Notes: a model not told the origin generated them from the sequence alone. A stretch of 62,981 nt of DNA from Lewinella sp. (GCA_045110355.1 JBGCFZ010000282.1:1-62981); one strand, 5' to 3'; shown: positions 47,841 through 57,868, counted from the stretch's first letter. Made by a program: numbers and translations.

Positions 47841-48045
47841 GGTTGGATTGCTTTGTCTGGGGAGATAATGCTGCGAGGCAAAGGATAAGTTGCAGCACGG
47901 GGAAATAATTTATCGCAGCAGGCAGCAGTGAAGCTAATTAGGGGGATGGTGGCAGCTGTACCCAATCCTAAAACTATGCTTGCTCGCCCAGAGCGAGCGC
48001 CCGCACTGGAGCGAACGGACAGTGGTGTAGCCATTCAATTATGCG

Positions 48046-48915
48046 CTACTTGTCCCGGATCAGAAACTCGGCGACCGCCTGCTCGCTAAACTCCCATAAG
48101 CGGCGGGCAAGCTGTTCATTCCGAGCGATGCTAGAGGGCTTTTGGAGGCACTGATTTTCATCGAAGTACCTGCCAGAAACGTCCTTTACCTCGGGGCTGG
48201 CGGCCAAGTATACGGAGGTATCTGCTCCTTTCATTGGGGTAATGGCAAAGGGCTTATACATTGACCATACGGCGCTGGTGAGGGTACCAGCCTTTTTGTT
48301 GGCAAGGCGGGTGCCAACGACGCCGGGGTGAAGACAATTGGTGGTCAGCTCTTCGCCGAAACGACGGTCAAGTTCCATCGTGAAAAGAACGTTGGCCAGT
48401 TTACTCTGGGCGTAGTACTTCGAACCATTATAGGCTTTAGGACCATGTTCGCCTTCGAAACTGCCAAAATCAAGTCCTCCTTTTTTGTGGAGTGCACTAC
48501 TTACGTTGATGACCCTGCTGCAAAGCCGGCAACAGCGGAGGGCAGGCATGAGGGCCATGGTGAGTAAAAAATGACCCAGGTGATTGACACCGAACTGTAG
48601 CTCGTAGCCATCTTTCGTAAGTTCGAGACTATCGGTGTAACAACCGGCATTATTGATCAGGACGTCAAGCTTAGGGTGTTCCGCTAAGAACTCATCGGAG
48701 GCAGCCCGGATGGAGGCGAAGCTGGCCAGATCAAGGGGGAGCGTATCAATATTCTGATTGCCCGTTTTCTCGGTTATTGCCTGAGCGGTGCGTTGGGCCT
48801 TTACCTCGTCTCGACAAGCTAGGACCAAATGCGCACCCCAGCCAGCCAGCCGCTCTGCGGTGGCTCGGCCAATGCCGTCGTTTGCTCCCGTAATGAGGAT
48901 CGTTTTGTCTTTCAT
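48046..48915 (-). CDS. SDR family oxidoreductase (retinol dehydrogenase-like)
   Basis: ITGANDGIG, LINNAG, VNHLGHFLLT, YAQSK, LHPGVVGT. Confidence 0.93.
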   Translation of the reverse strand: MKDKTILITGANDGIGRATAERLAGWGAHLVLACRDEVKAQRTAQAITEKTGNQNIDTLPLDLASFASIRAASDEFLAEHPKLDVLINNAGCYTDSLELTKDGYELQFGVNHLGHFLLTMALMPALRCCRLCSRVINVSSALHKKGGLDFGSFEGEHGPKAYNGSKYYAQSKLANVLFTMELDRRFGEELTTNCLHPGVVGTRLANKKAGTLTSAVWSMYKPFAITPMKGADTSVYLAASPEVKDVSGRYFDENQCLQKPSSIARNEQLARRLWEFSEQAVAEFLIRDK

Positions 48916-49047
48916 GCCGTGTGAAGTACTTAACACGGAAAAGGGGGGCTAGGGTTTAGTCTTGACCGGTCGGTATAACTTAATGGTATATTAAAAGTTT
49001 ATAAGCTTGCTTATTGGGGAAAGAGCTTTTGCCTTATTAACCTCCCC

Positions 49048-49066
49048 TGCACCTGCGGCCGCGCCC
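49048..49066 (-). repeat. Family-1 repeat
   Basis: tgcacctgcggccgcgccc. Confidence 0.9.
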
Positions 49067-49133
49067 ACTTCCGAGCACTTTTAGACACGCGCTTAGAAAC
49101 GGCTAGGAAGAACATCAGCGAAGCAGAAAAAAC

Positions 49134-49676
49134 TTATAATACCAAACTAGCTTCCTTACGAATGGCCGCCTGGCCAACGCCAATGGCATCGTCTGGCTGT
49201 CGGCTGCTCATCAAACGCAGGCGACTGGCTACCTGCTCCCCACTATCGGCGCCTTCTGAGGCGCGAATGATCAGTTGGCTCACATTGTCGCGTGCCTGTA
49301 CCATGATGGACCAAAGTGCGTCACTCACATAAATCTGCTGGGTGACATTGTATTCAAATTCTTCTCGGATGGTCAACAAAAGATTGGCCGTATATGCCTG
49401 CGCACTGGCCCCCGTTGCCGGGTTAATGCGCAACAGAAGGTTGGGCACGTTGATTCGCTCCAACATCAGAGTCAGCCGTTCACAGGCCTGTAACCGCAGT
49501 GCGTTCGAGTTTTCTTTTTCATTTACCTGGGCTGTGGGGACTGGCGCTTCGGCCCGCTTTACCAGAGCAACGATTGTATCATTTAGTTGCTTGAGGGTGT
49601 TGTTGATGGTCGCAAAGAGGATGCCGGCAATGAGCGCAAAACCAAGAAAAAGTACCAGGAGGGTCGTCAGATCCAT
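49134..49676 (-). CDS. Membrane-anchored hypothetical protein
   Basis: N-terminal TM; LRLQACERLTLMLERI...IREEFEYNVTQQIYVS. Confidence 0.75.
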   Translation of the reverse strand: MDLTTLLVLFLGFALIAGILFATINNTLKQLNDTIVALVKRAEAPVPTAQVNEKENSNALRLQACERLTLMLERINVPNLLLRINPATGASAQAYTANLLLTIREEFEYNVTQQIYVSDALWSIMVQARDNVSQLIIRASEGADSGEQVASRLRLMSSRQPDDAIGVGQAAIRKEASLVL

Positions 49677-49823
49677 AATATTTTTTTTCTGATGGCCAGG
49701 AATTGTCATAAAACGACCTCCCTGCCACACAATACTGTTCGGATATCAACCAGAATCATACCCCGGTTGTTTAACCAGCACCAAAGGTAAACTTTGTAAT
49801 TTTGCCGAGTCAAAATCTATAAC

Positions 49824-50183
49824 ATGAGCGCCGACGTACAGACTGCTACAACTACTTCCCCGATTACGATCACTCCTAATGCCCTGGTCCAACTCAAAGA
49901 GTTGCGCGCAAACCTCAATGTTGACCAGGATCACTTCCTGCGCATTGGCGTGCGTGGCGGTGGATGCTCCGGGTTTGAATACCAGCTGGGCTTTGATCTT
50001 CCCGAGGATGACGATAAGCAGTATAAGATTGGCGACGAGGTCGTCCTGATGAAGCCGGGGCACGCGCTCTACCTGATCGGGATGGAGATTGACTGGGCCA
50101 CGGGCCTGGATAACCGTGGGTTTACTTTCAATAACCCGAACGCTACGGAAACCTGTGGCTGTGGAACCAGCTTCAGCGCTTAA
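49824..50183 (+). CDS. A-type Fe-S cluster carrier (IscA/HesB family)
   Basis: GGGCSGFEY, F.FNNPNA..TCGCGTSF. Confidence 0.95.
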   Translation: MSADVQTATTTSPITITPNALVQLKELRANLNVDQDHFLRIGVRGGGCSGFEYQLGFDLPEDDDKQYKIGDEVVLMKPGHALYLIGMEIDWATGLDNRGFTFNNPNATETCGCGTSFSA

Positions 50184-50186
50184 GTT

Positions 50187-50978
50187 TTGTCCGAATCAGT
50201 TTTTGGGTCTTTGCTCCCCGAACCCCTTTCCATAAGGCGGGGCGTTCCTTTTTATTACCAAAAGTCGGAAGCGGAAGTCGCTGACGACGTCTACGAACGC
50301 TACGATGCGTTGGTGACCCGACAGACGGCCCTCCATCTGGCCGATGAACTGCACGGGAATTATCCTTTTGATGCATTATTGAATTACGTATCGGATTGGC
50401 TCCCAGACAGCGACCAGCCGCTTGCGATCGCTGATCTTGGCTGTAGCGTGGGGCGAATTGCAGCTACCTTGGCACAGCAGCATGTTGATTGGGATGTGTA
50501 CGGTTTGGACCTCAGCTACCAGATGCTGCGCCAGGCCCGCGATTTCTGGACCCAGGGAGCCACCCTGCAGCCTAACCTGATTCGCTACGGCTGGGGAACG
50601 CCTGGCCTGACCGGCCATCAATTGAGTAACCTGCACTTTGCGCTGGCCCGTGCCGAAGCATTACCTTTCCCCGATTCATCGTTGGACGTGATCATCAATA
50701 CTTTCCTGATTGATCGGTTGCCCGGCCCGTTTTCTGCTTTCACCGAATGGCGGAGGGTCCTCAAACCAGGTGGCCGCCTCCTCACGGTGTCTCCGCTCAA
50801 CTTTCTCCAGCCGGATGGTTGGCGTACGGCACATCCACCCGTGAAAATCCTGGACCACCTCCGCCAGGCTGGCTGGAAGTTGGCAGATTGGACCGACCCT
50901 CTGCAACTGGATGAGCCAATGGATGCGCGGGGTAATGCGGTAACCTGGCAGTGCCTGGCATTTGTAATGGAGGGATAG
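50187..50978 (+). CDS. Class I SAM-dependent methyltransferase
   Basis: ADLGCSVG, GLDLSYQML, ALPFPDSSLD, RVLKPGG. Confidence 0.88.
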   Translation: MSESVFGSLLPEPLSIRRGVPFYYQKSEAEVADDVYERYDALVTRQTALHLADELHGNYPFDALLNYVSDWLPDSDQPLAIADLGCSVGRIAATLAQQHVDWDVYGLDLSYQMLRQARDFWTQGATLQPNLIRYGWGTPGLTGHQLSNLHFALARAEALPFPDSSLDVIINTFLIDRLPGPFSAFTEWRRVLKPGGRLLTVSPLNFLQPDGWRTAHPPVKILDHLRQAGWKLADWTDPLQLDEPMDARGNAVTWQCLAFVMEG

Positions 50979-51101
50979 AAGAGAGTTACTGAGCCGGTTG
51001 TTACGAAATTGATGATCTGCCTAAAATCCCCTACCTTTTCCATCGTTTAGCATTTTAAGGGACGGCCCTCACCGATTTACGCTTGGCTACACTATCTATT
51101 C

Positions 51102-53168
51102 ATGACCTACAATCCAACAAATCTATCTTGCCTTCGGGCCAGTATCATCAGCTGCCTATTACTGGTGTTAAGTGCCTGTGGTGCCCAACGGGCGACGACT
51201 TCTGCAGAACTCCCCTATAAGAAACTTATCCGTAATGCGGAGGTGGAAACCCGGGCGGGGAATTACCTGGCAGCAGCAGATAACTACCGCAAAGCATACG
51301 ACCAGAAGCCTCGTAAGAAAGAAATCCTTTTCAAAGCAGCGGAGCTGTTTGATCGGGTACGCGACTATAAAAAAGCGGCTAATGCCTATCAGTTTCTGGA
51401 AGCAGACGAACAGCGCTGGCCCTTGCTGGGCCTGCAGTATGGTCGGGCGTTAAAGCAGGATGGCCGCTACGAGCAGGCGCGCCGCCAGTTGGGCTTGTTC
51501 AAAGTGGCTTACAACGGGGCAGACCGCGCCATCGTCAATGAAATTGTCAATAATGAACTTATCGGGTTGCGCCTTGCTCAAGAGGATACCCCGGAGCCAG
51601 GAGCTGTAGATATTGACCGGCCGGGCCGGGGGGTAAACACCAGTGCCGATGAATTTGGACCAGTGGCTATTGCTGGAGATCAACTCTTTTTTACCAGTAC
51701 AGCTGGTGGGCAGAGTCGGTTGTACCAAAGCCGCCTGCAGGCTAAAGAGTGGACTAAAGCTACGGTGCCTCCGGGCTTTCCCGTTATTGCCGAAGGGGAG
51801 TTTGGAACGGGAAGTTTCAGCGAAGATGGGCAGGTGTTTTTCTTCACTATTTGTAGTGGCCTGACGGGGGAGGATGCGACGAACCGCTGCGAAATTTTCC
51901 GTGGATCCCGGAACACGCTGGGGGTCTGGAGCCAGCCAGAGCGGCTAAGTGCGGAGGTGAATTTACCAGAATCCAATAATACTTTCCCCTCCATATTTAT
52001 GGGGGCAGATGGGCTGATTGTACTTTATTTTGCCAGCGACCGCCCGGGAGGTAAGGGAGGGATGGACATTTACGTAAGTACGCAGGTGCGGGCAGATGAC
52101 CCTACGACTTTTTCTGCCGCCAGACCCCTTTCCCGAACGATAAACACGGTTAGTGATGAGGTGACACCCTTTTATGATCTGGAAAACGGTGTGCTTTATT
52201 TTGCCAGTAACGGCCACCCGGGTTTTGGAGGTTTGGACGTCTTTCGGTCGGCGGTCGATGCCCTGGGTGATTTTCAGCAGCCGGAAAATTTGGGAAGGCC
52301 GGTAAATTCGTCGGCTGATGATTATGGCCTCTCGCTGGCATTGGGTACCGGAAGAGGGTACCTGACGAGTAACCGGAGCTTTAATGAGGTAAAAACTAAT
52401 ACAACGGAAACGGACGTCTATACCCTGAATTTCCGTGCTGGAAGGGCTCGGCTTAAGGCGATGGTATACGATAATACGACAGGAGCAGAACTGGGAGGTT
52501 CAGAGGTTACGCTGTTGGAACTGATGCCCGATGGCGAAGTCAGGGAGTTGGAAAAAAGAATTTTTCCGACGGGAATTTATGATTTCAACCTACAGCCAGG
52601 AGGGAAATACCGGGTGATGATTCAACGCGAGGGGTACCAGGGGGCGACGTACCAGGTAGAGACCAGTAAGTCGGGATCTTCTCTGTACGGACAGCCCGTT
52701 TTTCTGCTGCGTAATGCCATAAAGAACGGGCAAGAACAGGAGCAAGGGGCGCGGCCGCAGGTGCAAAGTGGGGGGGATCAGCAAGTATTGCCAAGACCGC
52801 CAGCGTTGCCGGCTAAAAATAATGACCGACCGAACCCCGGGCTCGTTGGTCCGCCGCCTGCGCCAGCTCAACCCTTCCCTGCACCTGCGGCCGCGCCCAA
52901 AAATGCTGCGCCAGTGGCTTACCGCATTCAGATTAGTGCCCAACGTAATTTTGTTTCCGAGGACGGTAAGTACGAAAGTGTACGCGCGATTGGCAACTTG
53001 CAGGCGGAGCCCATTCCCGGCAAAAATCTGCAGCGGATTACCGTTGGCTATTTTACGGATGCTGCGACAGCTAAGAAGGCCCTGGCCCGCGTTCATTCCA
53101 GCGGTTTCCCATCGGCCTTTGCCGTGCGGTACGATAATGGGAAACGCCACGGCCTGGTGAGGTTGTAA
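51102..53168 (+). CDS. TPR-PD40-carboxypeptidase-regulatory-like lipoprotein with C-terminal SPOR-like domain (PorE-like N-terminal architecture)
   Basis: Lipobox LSAC; TPRs; LYFASDRPGGKGGMDIY, LYFASNGHPGFGGLDVF; C-terminal YRIQISA...VGYF....A.......GFPSAFAV. Confidence 0.82.
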   Translation: MTYNPTNLSCLRASIISCLLLVLSACGAQRATTSAELPYKKLIRNAEVETRAGNYLAAADNYRKAYDQKPRKKEILFKAAELFDRVRDYKKAANAYQFLEADEQRWPLLGLQYGRALKQDGRYEQARRQLGLFKVAYNGADRAIVNEIVNNELIGLRLAQEDTPEPGAVDIDRPGRGVNTSADEFGPVAIAGDQLFFTSTAGGQSRLYQSRLQAKEWTKATVPPGFPVIAEGEFGTGSFSEDGQVFFFTICSGLTGEDATNRCEIFRGSRNTLGVWSQPERLSAEVNLPESNNTFPSIFMGADGLIVLYFASDRPGGKGGMDIYVSTQVRADDPTTFSAARPLSRTINTVSDEVTPFYDLENGVLYFASNGHPGFGGLDVFRSAVDALGDFQQPENLGRPVNSSADDYGLSLALGTGRGYLTSNRSFNEVKTNTTETDVYTLNFRAGRARLKAMVYDNTTGAELGGSEVTLLELMPDGEVRELEKRIFPTGIYDFNLQPGGKYRVMIQREGYQGATYQVETSKSGSSLYGQPVFLLRNAIKNGQEQEQGARPQVQSGGDQQVLPRPPALPAKNNDRPNPGLVGPPPAPAQPFPAPAAAPKNAAPVAYRIQISAQRNFVSEDGKYESVRAIGNLQAEPIPGKNLQRITVGYFTDAATAKKALARVHSSGFPSAFAVRYDNGKRHGLVRL
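52746..52898. repeat. Inverted pair of family-1 repeats inside the CDS
   Basis: ggggcgcggccgcaggtgcaaa (52746) ... tgcacctgcggccgcgccc (52880-52898). Confidence 0.9.
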
Positions 53169-53235
53169 CCTTGCTTGTGATATGACCTGTCAGGAAACCG
53201 AAAGGAGGGCTGCGTGGTTATTAAAAATAAAAATC

Positions 53236-53550
53236 ATGGCTGAAAAGCAAACCACCTCCTTTCGCGACCTCATCAACGGTGATACACCGGTACTGATCGA
53301 CTTTTTTGCCACGTGGTGTGGCCCCTGTCATGCCTACAGCCCGATTCTTCAACAATTGAAAAAGGATGAGGGAGAAGATCTTCGCCTAGTGAAAATTGAT
53401 GTAGACCGCAATCAGGAAATTTGTCAGAAATTGAGCGTTACTTCTATGCCCACCACCATCATTTTCCAAAACGGGGAGATAAAGTTTCGTGCTGCCGGTG
53501 TACAAAGTATCGGCGTGCTGAAGGCTGAGTTGGCAAAGTTGCGTGCTTGA
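53236..53550 (+). CDS. Thioredoxin
   Basis: IDFFATWCGPC, KIDVD, SMPT; ATG at 53236. Confidence 0.95.
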   Translation: MAEKQTTSFRDLINGDTPVLIDFFATWCGPCHAYSPILQQLKKDEGEDLRLVKIDVDRNQEICQKLSVTSMPTTIIFQNGEIKFRAAGVQSIGVLKAELAKLRA

Positions 53551-53655
53551 TGCGTTAACACAGAATTTTGCTGCCCGATTCGCCGTTTCTAAAGATGGGA
53601 ATGATCATCTTTTTCCTGCTAATGCCCGCATGACCTTATATTGCGGCCGACAACT

Positions 53656-55230
53656 ATGAATTCATCCCTAAGTCCTACCGCAATTCTTGGCATCATCGCC
53701 GTGTATTTTGCGGTGTTGGTGCTCATTTCTTATCTGACTAGCAGAAAGGAGAACGACAATGAGTCGTTCTTTCTAGCGGGGAGGAAATCGCCCTGGCCAC
53801 TGGTAGCGCTTGGTATGGTAGGGGCCAGCCTTTCCGGGGTTACTTTTATCAGCGTGCCCGGTGCCGTTGGTGCCGGGGGGGCGAACGAGGCTTTCAGCTA
53901 CATGCAGGTAGTATTTGGCTATTTACTTGGCTATCTCTTCATTGCAGTCGTCCTCTTGCCGTTGTATTACCGGTTAGGCCTGACCAGTATTTATGAGTAT
54001 TTGAAGGGGCGAATTGGGCCGCACGCCTACAAAGTAGGCGCTTTTTACTTTTTGCTCTCCCGAATAATTGGTGCTTCCTTCCGACTTTTCCTGGTGGCGA
54101 TTGTACTCCAAGAATTTGTCACCGGCCCTCTGGGGGTGCCCTTTGGTGCTACGGTCGCAATTACGATTGCCCTGATCTGGCTGTATACCTTTCAGGGTGG
54201 AATTAAAACCATCGTATATACCGATACGCTACAGACGATTTGTATGCTGTTGGCTGCCGGGCTGACCGTTTATTACGTTGGCCAGGCCCTCGAAACTGAT
54301 CTTGGCGGAATGGTGGACTTGATTCGCAATAGCGACTATAGCCAAATGTTTTATTTTGAAGGTGGCTGGTCGGATCCCAATAACTTCTGGAAGCAGTTCT
54401 TTAGCGGCGCGCTGATCACTATTGTAATGACCGGGCTGGACCAGGATATGATGCAGAAGAACCTGAGTATGCCTAATTTCAGGGATGCTCAGAAGAATAT
54501 TGCTGCCTTTAGTATTGTGCTCATTTTTGCCAACTTGCTGTTTCTTTCACTGGGTGCATTACTTTACATTTATGCCACTAGTGTTGGTCTTGCTATTCCG
54601 GAGGCTTCGGACCAGATGTACCCCAGTATTGCCCTTCGACACTTACCTGCCGGTGCGGGAGTAGTATTTGTACTTGGACTTATTGCCGCCGCATATTCCA
54701 GTGCAGACAGCGCACTTACGGCATTGACGACCTCCTTTTGCGTTGATTTCCTCGGGATGAATGATGCGTTGCCAGAGGATAAAGACGATGCTACCTTAGC
54801 AGAAGATAAACGTAAGCGGCTCTACGTCCATATTGGCTTCTCCGTGTTGCTGTTTATTGTTATCCTTGCGTTTAAAGGGATCGGAGACCGGGCAGTAATC
54901 AACAGCTTATTTAAAGCGGCGGGCTATACTTACGGACCATTATTAGGCTTATTTGCCTTTGGCCTGTTTACCCGTTTGCGCGTACGAGAAGTGGTCCAAA
55001 TTGGCGGCTTGCAGTTGCCTGCGTTATTACTCGTTTGCCTGGCTGCTCCAATCATTTCGATGCTGACCGATGCCTATTCTGCCGAACTGATGGGAGGGTT
55101 CCAATTTGGTTTCCTCATCCTGGCGTTTAATGGCTTGCTTACTTTCCTTGGCTTGGTGGCACTCAGTGATTTCGGAGACTTTCAACCCCTTGATGAAAAC
55201 GTTGGAGATGGATCAGCGACCGGAGAATAA
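53656..55230 (+). CDS. Sodium:solute symporter family protein
   Basis: FFLAGRKSPW, ASLSGVTFISVPG, GGIKTIVYTD, GLDQDMMQK, AAAYSSADS. Confidence 0.93.
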   Translation: MNSSLSPTAILGIIAVYFAVLVLISYLTSRKENDNESFFLAGRKSPWPLVALGMVGASLSGVTFISVPGAVGAGGANEAFSYMQVVFGYLLGYLFIAVVLLPLYYRLGLTSIYEYLKGRIGPHAYKVGAFYFLLSRIIGASFRLFLVAIVLQEFVTGPLGVPFGATVAITIALIWLYTFQGGIKTIVYTDTLQTICMLLAAGLTVYYVGQALETDLGGMVDLIRNSDYSQMFYFEGGWSDPNNFWKQFFSGALITIVMTGLDQDMMQKNLSMPNFRDAQKNIAAFSIVLIFANLLFLSLGALLYIYATSVGLAIPEASDQMYPSIALRHLPAGAGVVFVLGLIAAAYSSADSALTALTTSFCVDFLGMNDALPEDKDDATLAEDKRKRLYVHIGFSVLLFIVILAFKGIGDRAVINSLFKAAGYTYGPLLGLFAFGLFTRLRVREVVQIGGLQLPALLLVCLAAPIISMLTDAYSAELMGGFQFGFLILAFNGLLTFLGLVALSDFGDFQPLDENVGDGSATGE

Positions 55231-55325
55231 GCACTTTTAGCGATCGGTATTTCGATTATAATCCCAGTTGTGAGGCCAAAAGTTGTTGATGTATCTTGCG
55301 CGCCCTAACCGAAACCTCCCCAAAT

Positions 55326-56330
55326 ATGTCCAAAATTCGTGCTGCCATTACCGGCGTTCAAGGCTACGTACCAGACTATGTGCTTACTAATGATGAGTTG
55401 GCTACGATTGTTGATACTAATGATGAGTGGATTACTTCCCGTACCGGCATCAAAACCCGTCACATCCTGAAAGGAGAGGGAAAGGGAACTTCCGTCATGG
55501 TAACAGAAGCCTTAAAGGGTTTGTTAGAGAAAACCGATACGGATCCGTTGGACATTGATCTGGTGATCTGCGCAACGGTGACTGGAGATTCTATCTTTCC
55601 TGATACTGCAAACATTGCTACGTATAACACGGGCATGAAGAATGCTTTTGGTTTTGACTTAAGCGCAGCCTGCAGTGGTTTTTTATATGCGCTTACTGTT
55701 GGTGCGAAGATGATCGAAGGGGGGACGCATAAGAAGGTCATCGTTGTTGGTGCTGATAAGATGTCGTCCATCATTGACTATACTGACCGTACAACCTGTG
55801 TCATCTTTGGTGATGGTGCTGGTGCCGTGCTACTGGAGCCAACTGAGGAGGAAGGCGTTGGTATTCTTGATTACCAGCACCATGGAGATGGCAGCGGAGA
55901 AAAATACCTCTACTTAGTGGCTGGAGGATCGCGCAAACCTGCCACCGTTGATTCGGTAATGGCCCGAGAGCACTTTGTGCGCCAGAACGGCCGACCTGTC
56001 TTTAAAGCAGCAGTTACAGGCATGAGTGATGTGGTGAAAAAAGTGATGAAGCGGAACAACCTTGATGCGGATTCACTGGATTGGCTCGTACCGCACCAGG
56101 CTAATATCAGGATCATTCAAACGGTGAGCAAAATGACCGATTTTCCGTTGGAAAAAATCATGGTGAATATCCATAAATATGGGAATACTACCGCTGGAAC
56201 CTTGCCACTATGTTTGTGGGATTACGAGCCTCAGCTGAAAAAGGGAGATGATATTATCCTTACTGCCTTTGGAGGTGGCTTCACCTGGGGTGCCCTCTAC
56301 TTGAAGTGGGCCTATGACGGTAAGGGGTGA
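55326..56330 (+). CDS. fabH: Beta-ketoacyl-ACP synthase III
   Basis: DTNDEWITSRTGI, AACSGF, FGDGAGA, VPHQAN, YGNT, FGGGFTWG. Confidence 0.97.
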   Translation: MSKIRAAITGVQGYVPDYVLTNDELATIVDTNDEWITSRTGIKTRHILKGEGKGTSVMVTEALKGLLEKTDTDPLDIDLVICATVTGDSIFPDTANIATYNTGMKNAFGFDLSAACSGFLYALTVGAKMIEGGTHKKVIVVGADKMSSIIDYTDRTTCVIFGDGAGAVLLEPTEEEGVGILDYQHHGDGSGEKYLYLVAGGSRKPATVDSVMAREHFVRQNGRPVFKAAVTGMSDVVKKVMKRNNLDADSLDWLVPHQANIRIIQTVSKMTDFPLEKIMVNIHKYGNTTAGTLPLCLWDYEPQLKKGDDIILTAFGGGFTWGALYLKWAYDGKG

Positions 56331-56443
56331 AAGTAGTCCCTGATTCTTATTGCAATAATCTCTGAACACGTAGCTTCACTTTGTGTTAGGCAGACATAGC
56401 ACTCAGATGTATTCCTTACACTAGGGGGCAATAAGATGATTGC

Positions 56444-57214
56444 ATGAACCGTGAAACGCTAAAAAAGAGCGGACTTTTGGAACAATACGTACTGGGACTG
56501 ACCAGTCGTAAGGAATCCCTTATGATCCAGAAATTATTGGAAGAGGACCCTGAGATTAAGAAAGATTTAGAGAAGCTCCAGCAGGAACTTGATGGTTATG
56601 TAGGTGAACAGGGACTTCAGGTGCCGGATGACGGGCGAAGCCCTCGTAGACAGGAGGATTTTGACGATCTGGATTATGAGATGATCACGCAAATGAACGC
56701 CCGGAACCATGCCCTCGTTAAATGGCGATATGGTTTGGGGGCACTATGCCTCTTTTTGCTGTGTCTCTGCGGATTTCTTTTCCGACTAAGTGAAAACAAC
56801 CATTCGAGCCTACTCGTCGAAAAAGCTGAGCATGCTCAGGATGAGACTTCTCATCACCTTGAATTAAAGCACGCACTGGAGAACATTCCGGAATGGCATA
56901 AGATCGCCACGCGGAAAATCGTAGCAAGTAATGGCCTTGTTCTCCTCCACAAGCTGGAAAACCAGCATGTCCTGTTACTCGATCTTTCTCATTGCGATAC
57001 CATTTCGAGCGGACATGCCTACCATGTGTTCTTTGATGGCGAGTTTGAGGAAGCACCTGAATTAGTTATTTCTGCAGAAGGTCGGGTAGGACTTCATCCC
57101 GTTGTACTGGAAAAAGAGACGGGCTCAGTGCAAATTTTTATCAGTGAAGTTGATTCAGCACCACCTACCAATGATGGTGATAAGATGCTGGTAGCAGATA
57201 TCTCCATCAGGTAA
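56444..57214 (+). CDS. Anti-sigma factor-like membrane protein (RskA-like)
   Basis: N-terminal SGLLEQYVLG motif, single TM, C-terminal SE...APPT. Confidence 0.6.
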   Translation: MNRETLKKSGLLEQYVLGLTSRKESLMIQKLLEEDPEIKKDLEKLQQELDGYVGEQGLQVPDDGRSPRRQEDFDDLDYEMITQMNARNHALVKWRYGLGALCLFLLCLCGFLFRLSENNHSSLLVEKAEHAQDETSHHLELKHALENIPEWHKIATRKIVASNGLVLLHKLENQHVLLLDLSHCDTISSGHAYHVFFDGEFEEAPELVISAEGRVGLHPVVLEKETGSVQIFISEVDSAPPTNDGDKMLVADISIR

Positions 57215-57831
57215 AGACCTGCTGATATACTTTGCCCAAACTTATAGTTTGTGGTGTAGTGGACTTAAGCATTAATAAGACTTGCAGGAGCTTAGTGTTA
57301 GGTGACTTTTCCAACTACTTCTTAGTAGACATATCGTACGCACAGTCAATAGAGGTGAAAATATTTGCTGCCCTCTGGTTTCGCAGGAATCGCGCCAGGG
57401 GCTACTTGTTTGGTGCGAAGTGGTCTGAAATGGTGCCCCGCATCGATTTGTAAAAAGAGATTGTTCAACCGGGGCTGCGGTGTCTTCAGGTGCCCTTTAA
57501 GCACGCTGAATCATAAAGTATTGATTTTTTCTATCTATTACTTGGATTTCTGCCAGGCAATTGAGTTATTTATGCTCTATTCCATGAGCAACTTAGTCAC
57601 CGCTTTTTTCACTTTTAATCTACTTACCAATGACTTTGTTGTACGCTTTCTTATTTGCTTGTGCTATCGGAGGAGGACTTAGCTTGTCTTCTGCCCTTTT
57701 TGATGGTGCGCGTAATTTTTAAACTGGAAGTTTTTTTCGATTTTTTCAGACGGATCAATATAATAAGCGAATATCTCCTGGCCTGATGCTTAACTTCTTT
57801 CCGGCCAGTCTGAGACGAAATTCTTCCCCAT

Positions 57832-57868
57832 ACGACCGCCCGTAGTTCTACGGGCGGTCGTTTTTTTG
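57832..57868 (+). terminator. Intrinsic terminator-like hairpin
   Basis: acgaccgcccgtag-tt-ctacgggcggtcgt followed by T tract. Confidence 0.75.

Noticed and set aside
46200-47900. Prophage or integrative element carrying the tRNAs
   Set aside because: No integrase, phage genes or att-like duplication of a tRNA 3' end seen in the window
47837-48034. 65-aa minus ORF whose TGA overlaps the leader ATG
   Set aside because: No recognisable features and it crosses the promoter-like box; probably spurious, though translational coupling cannot be excluded
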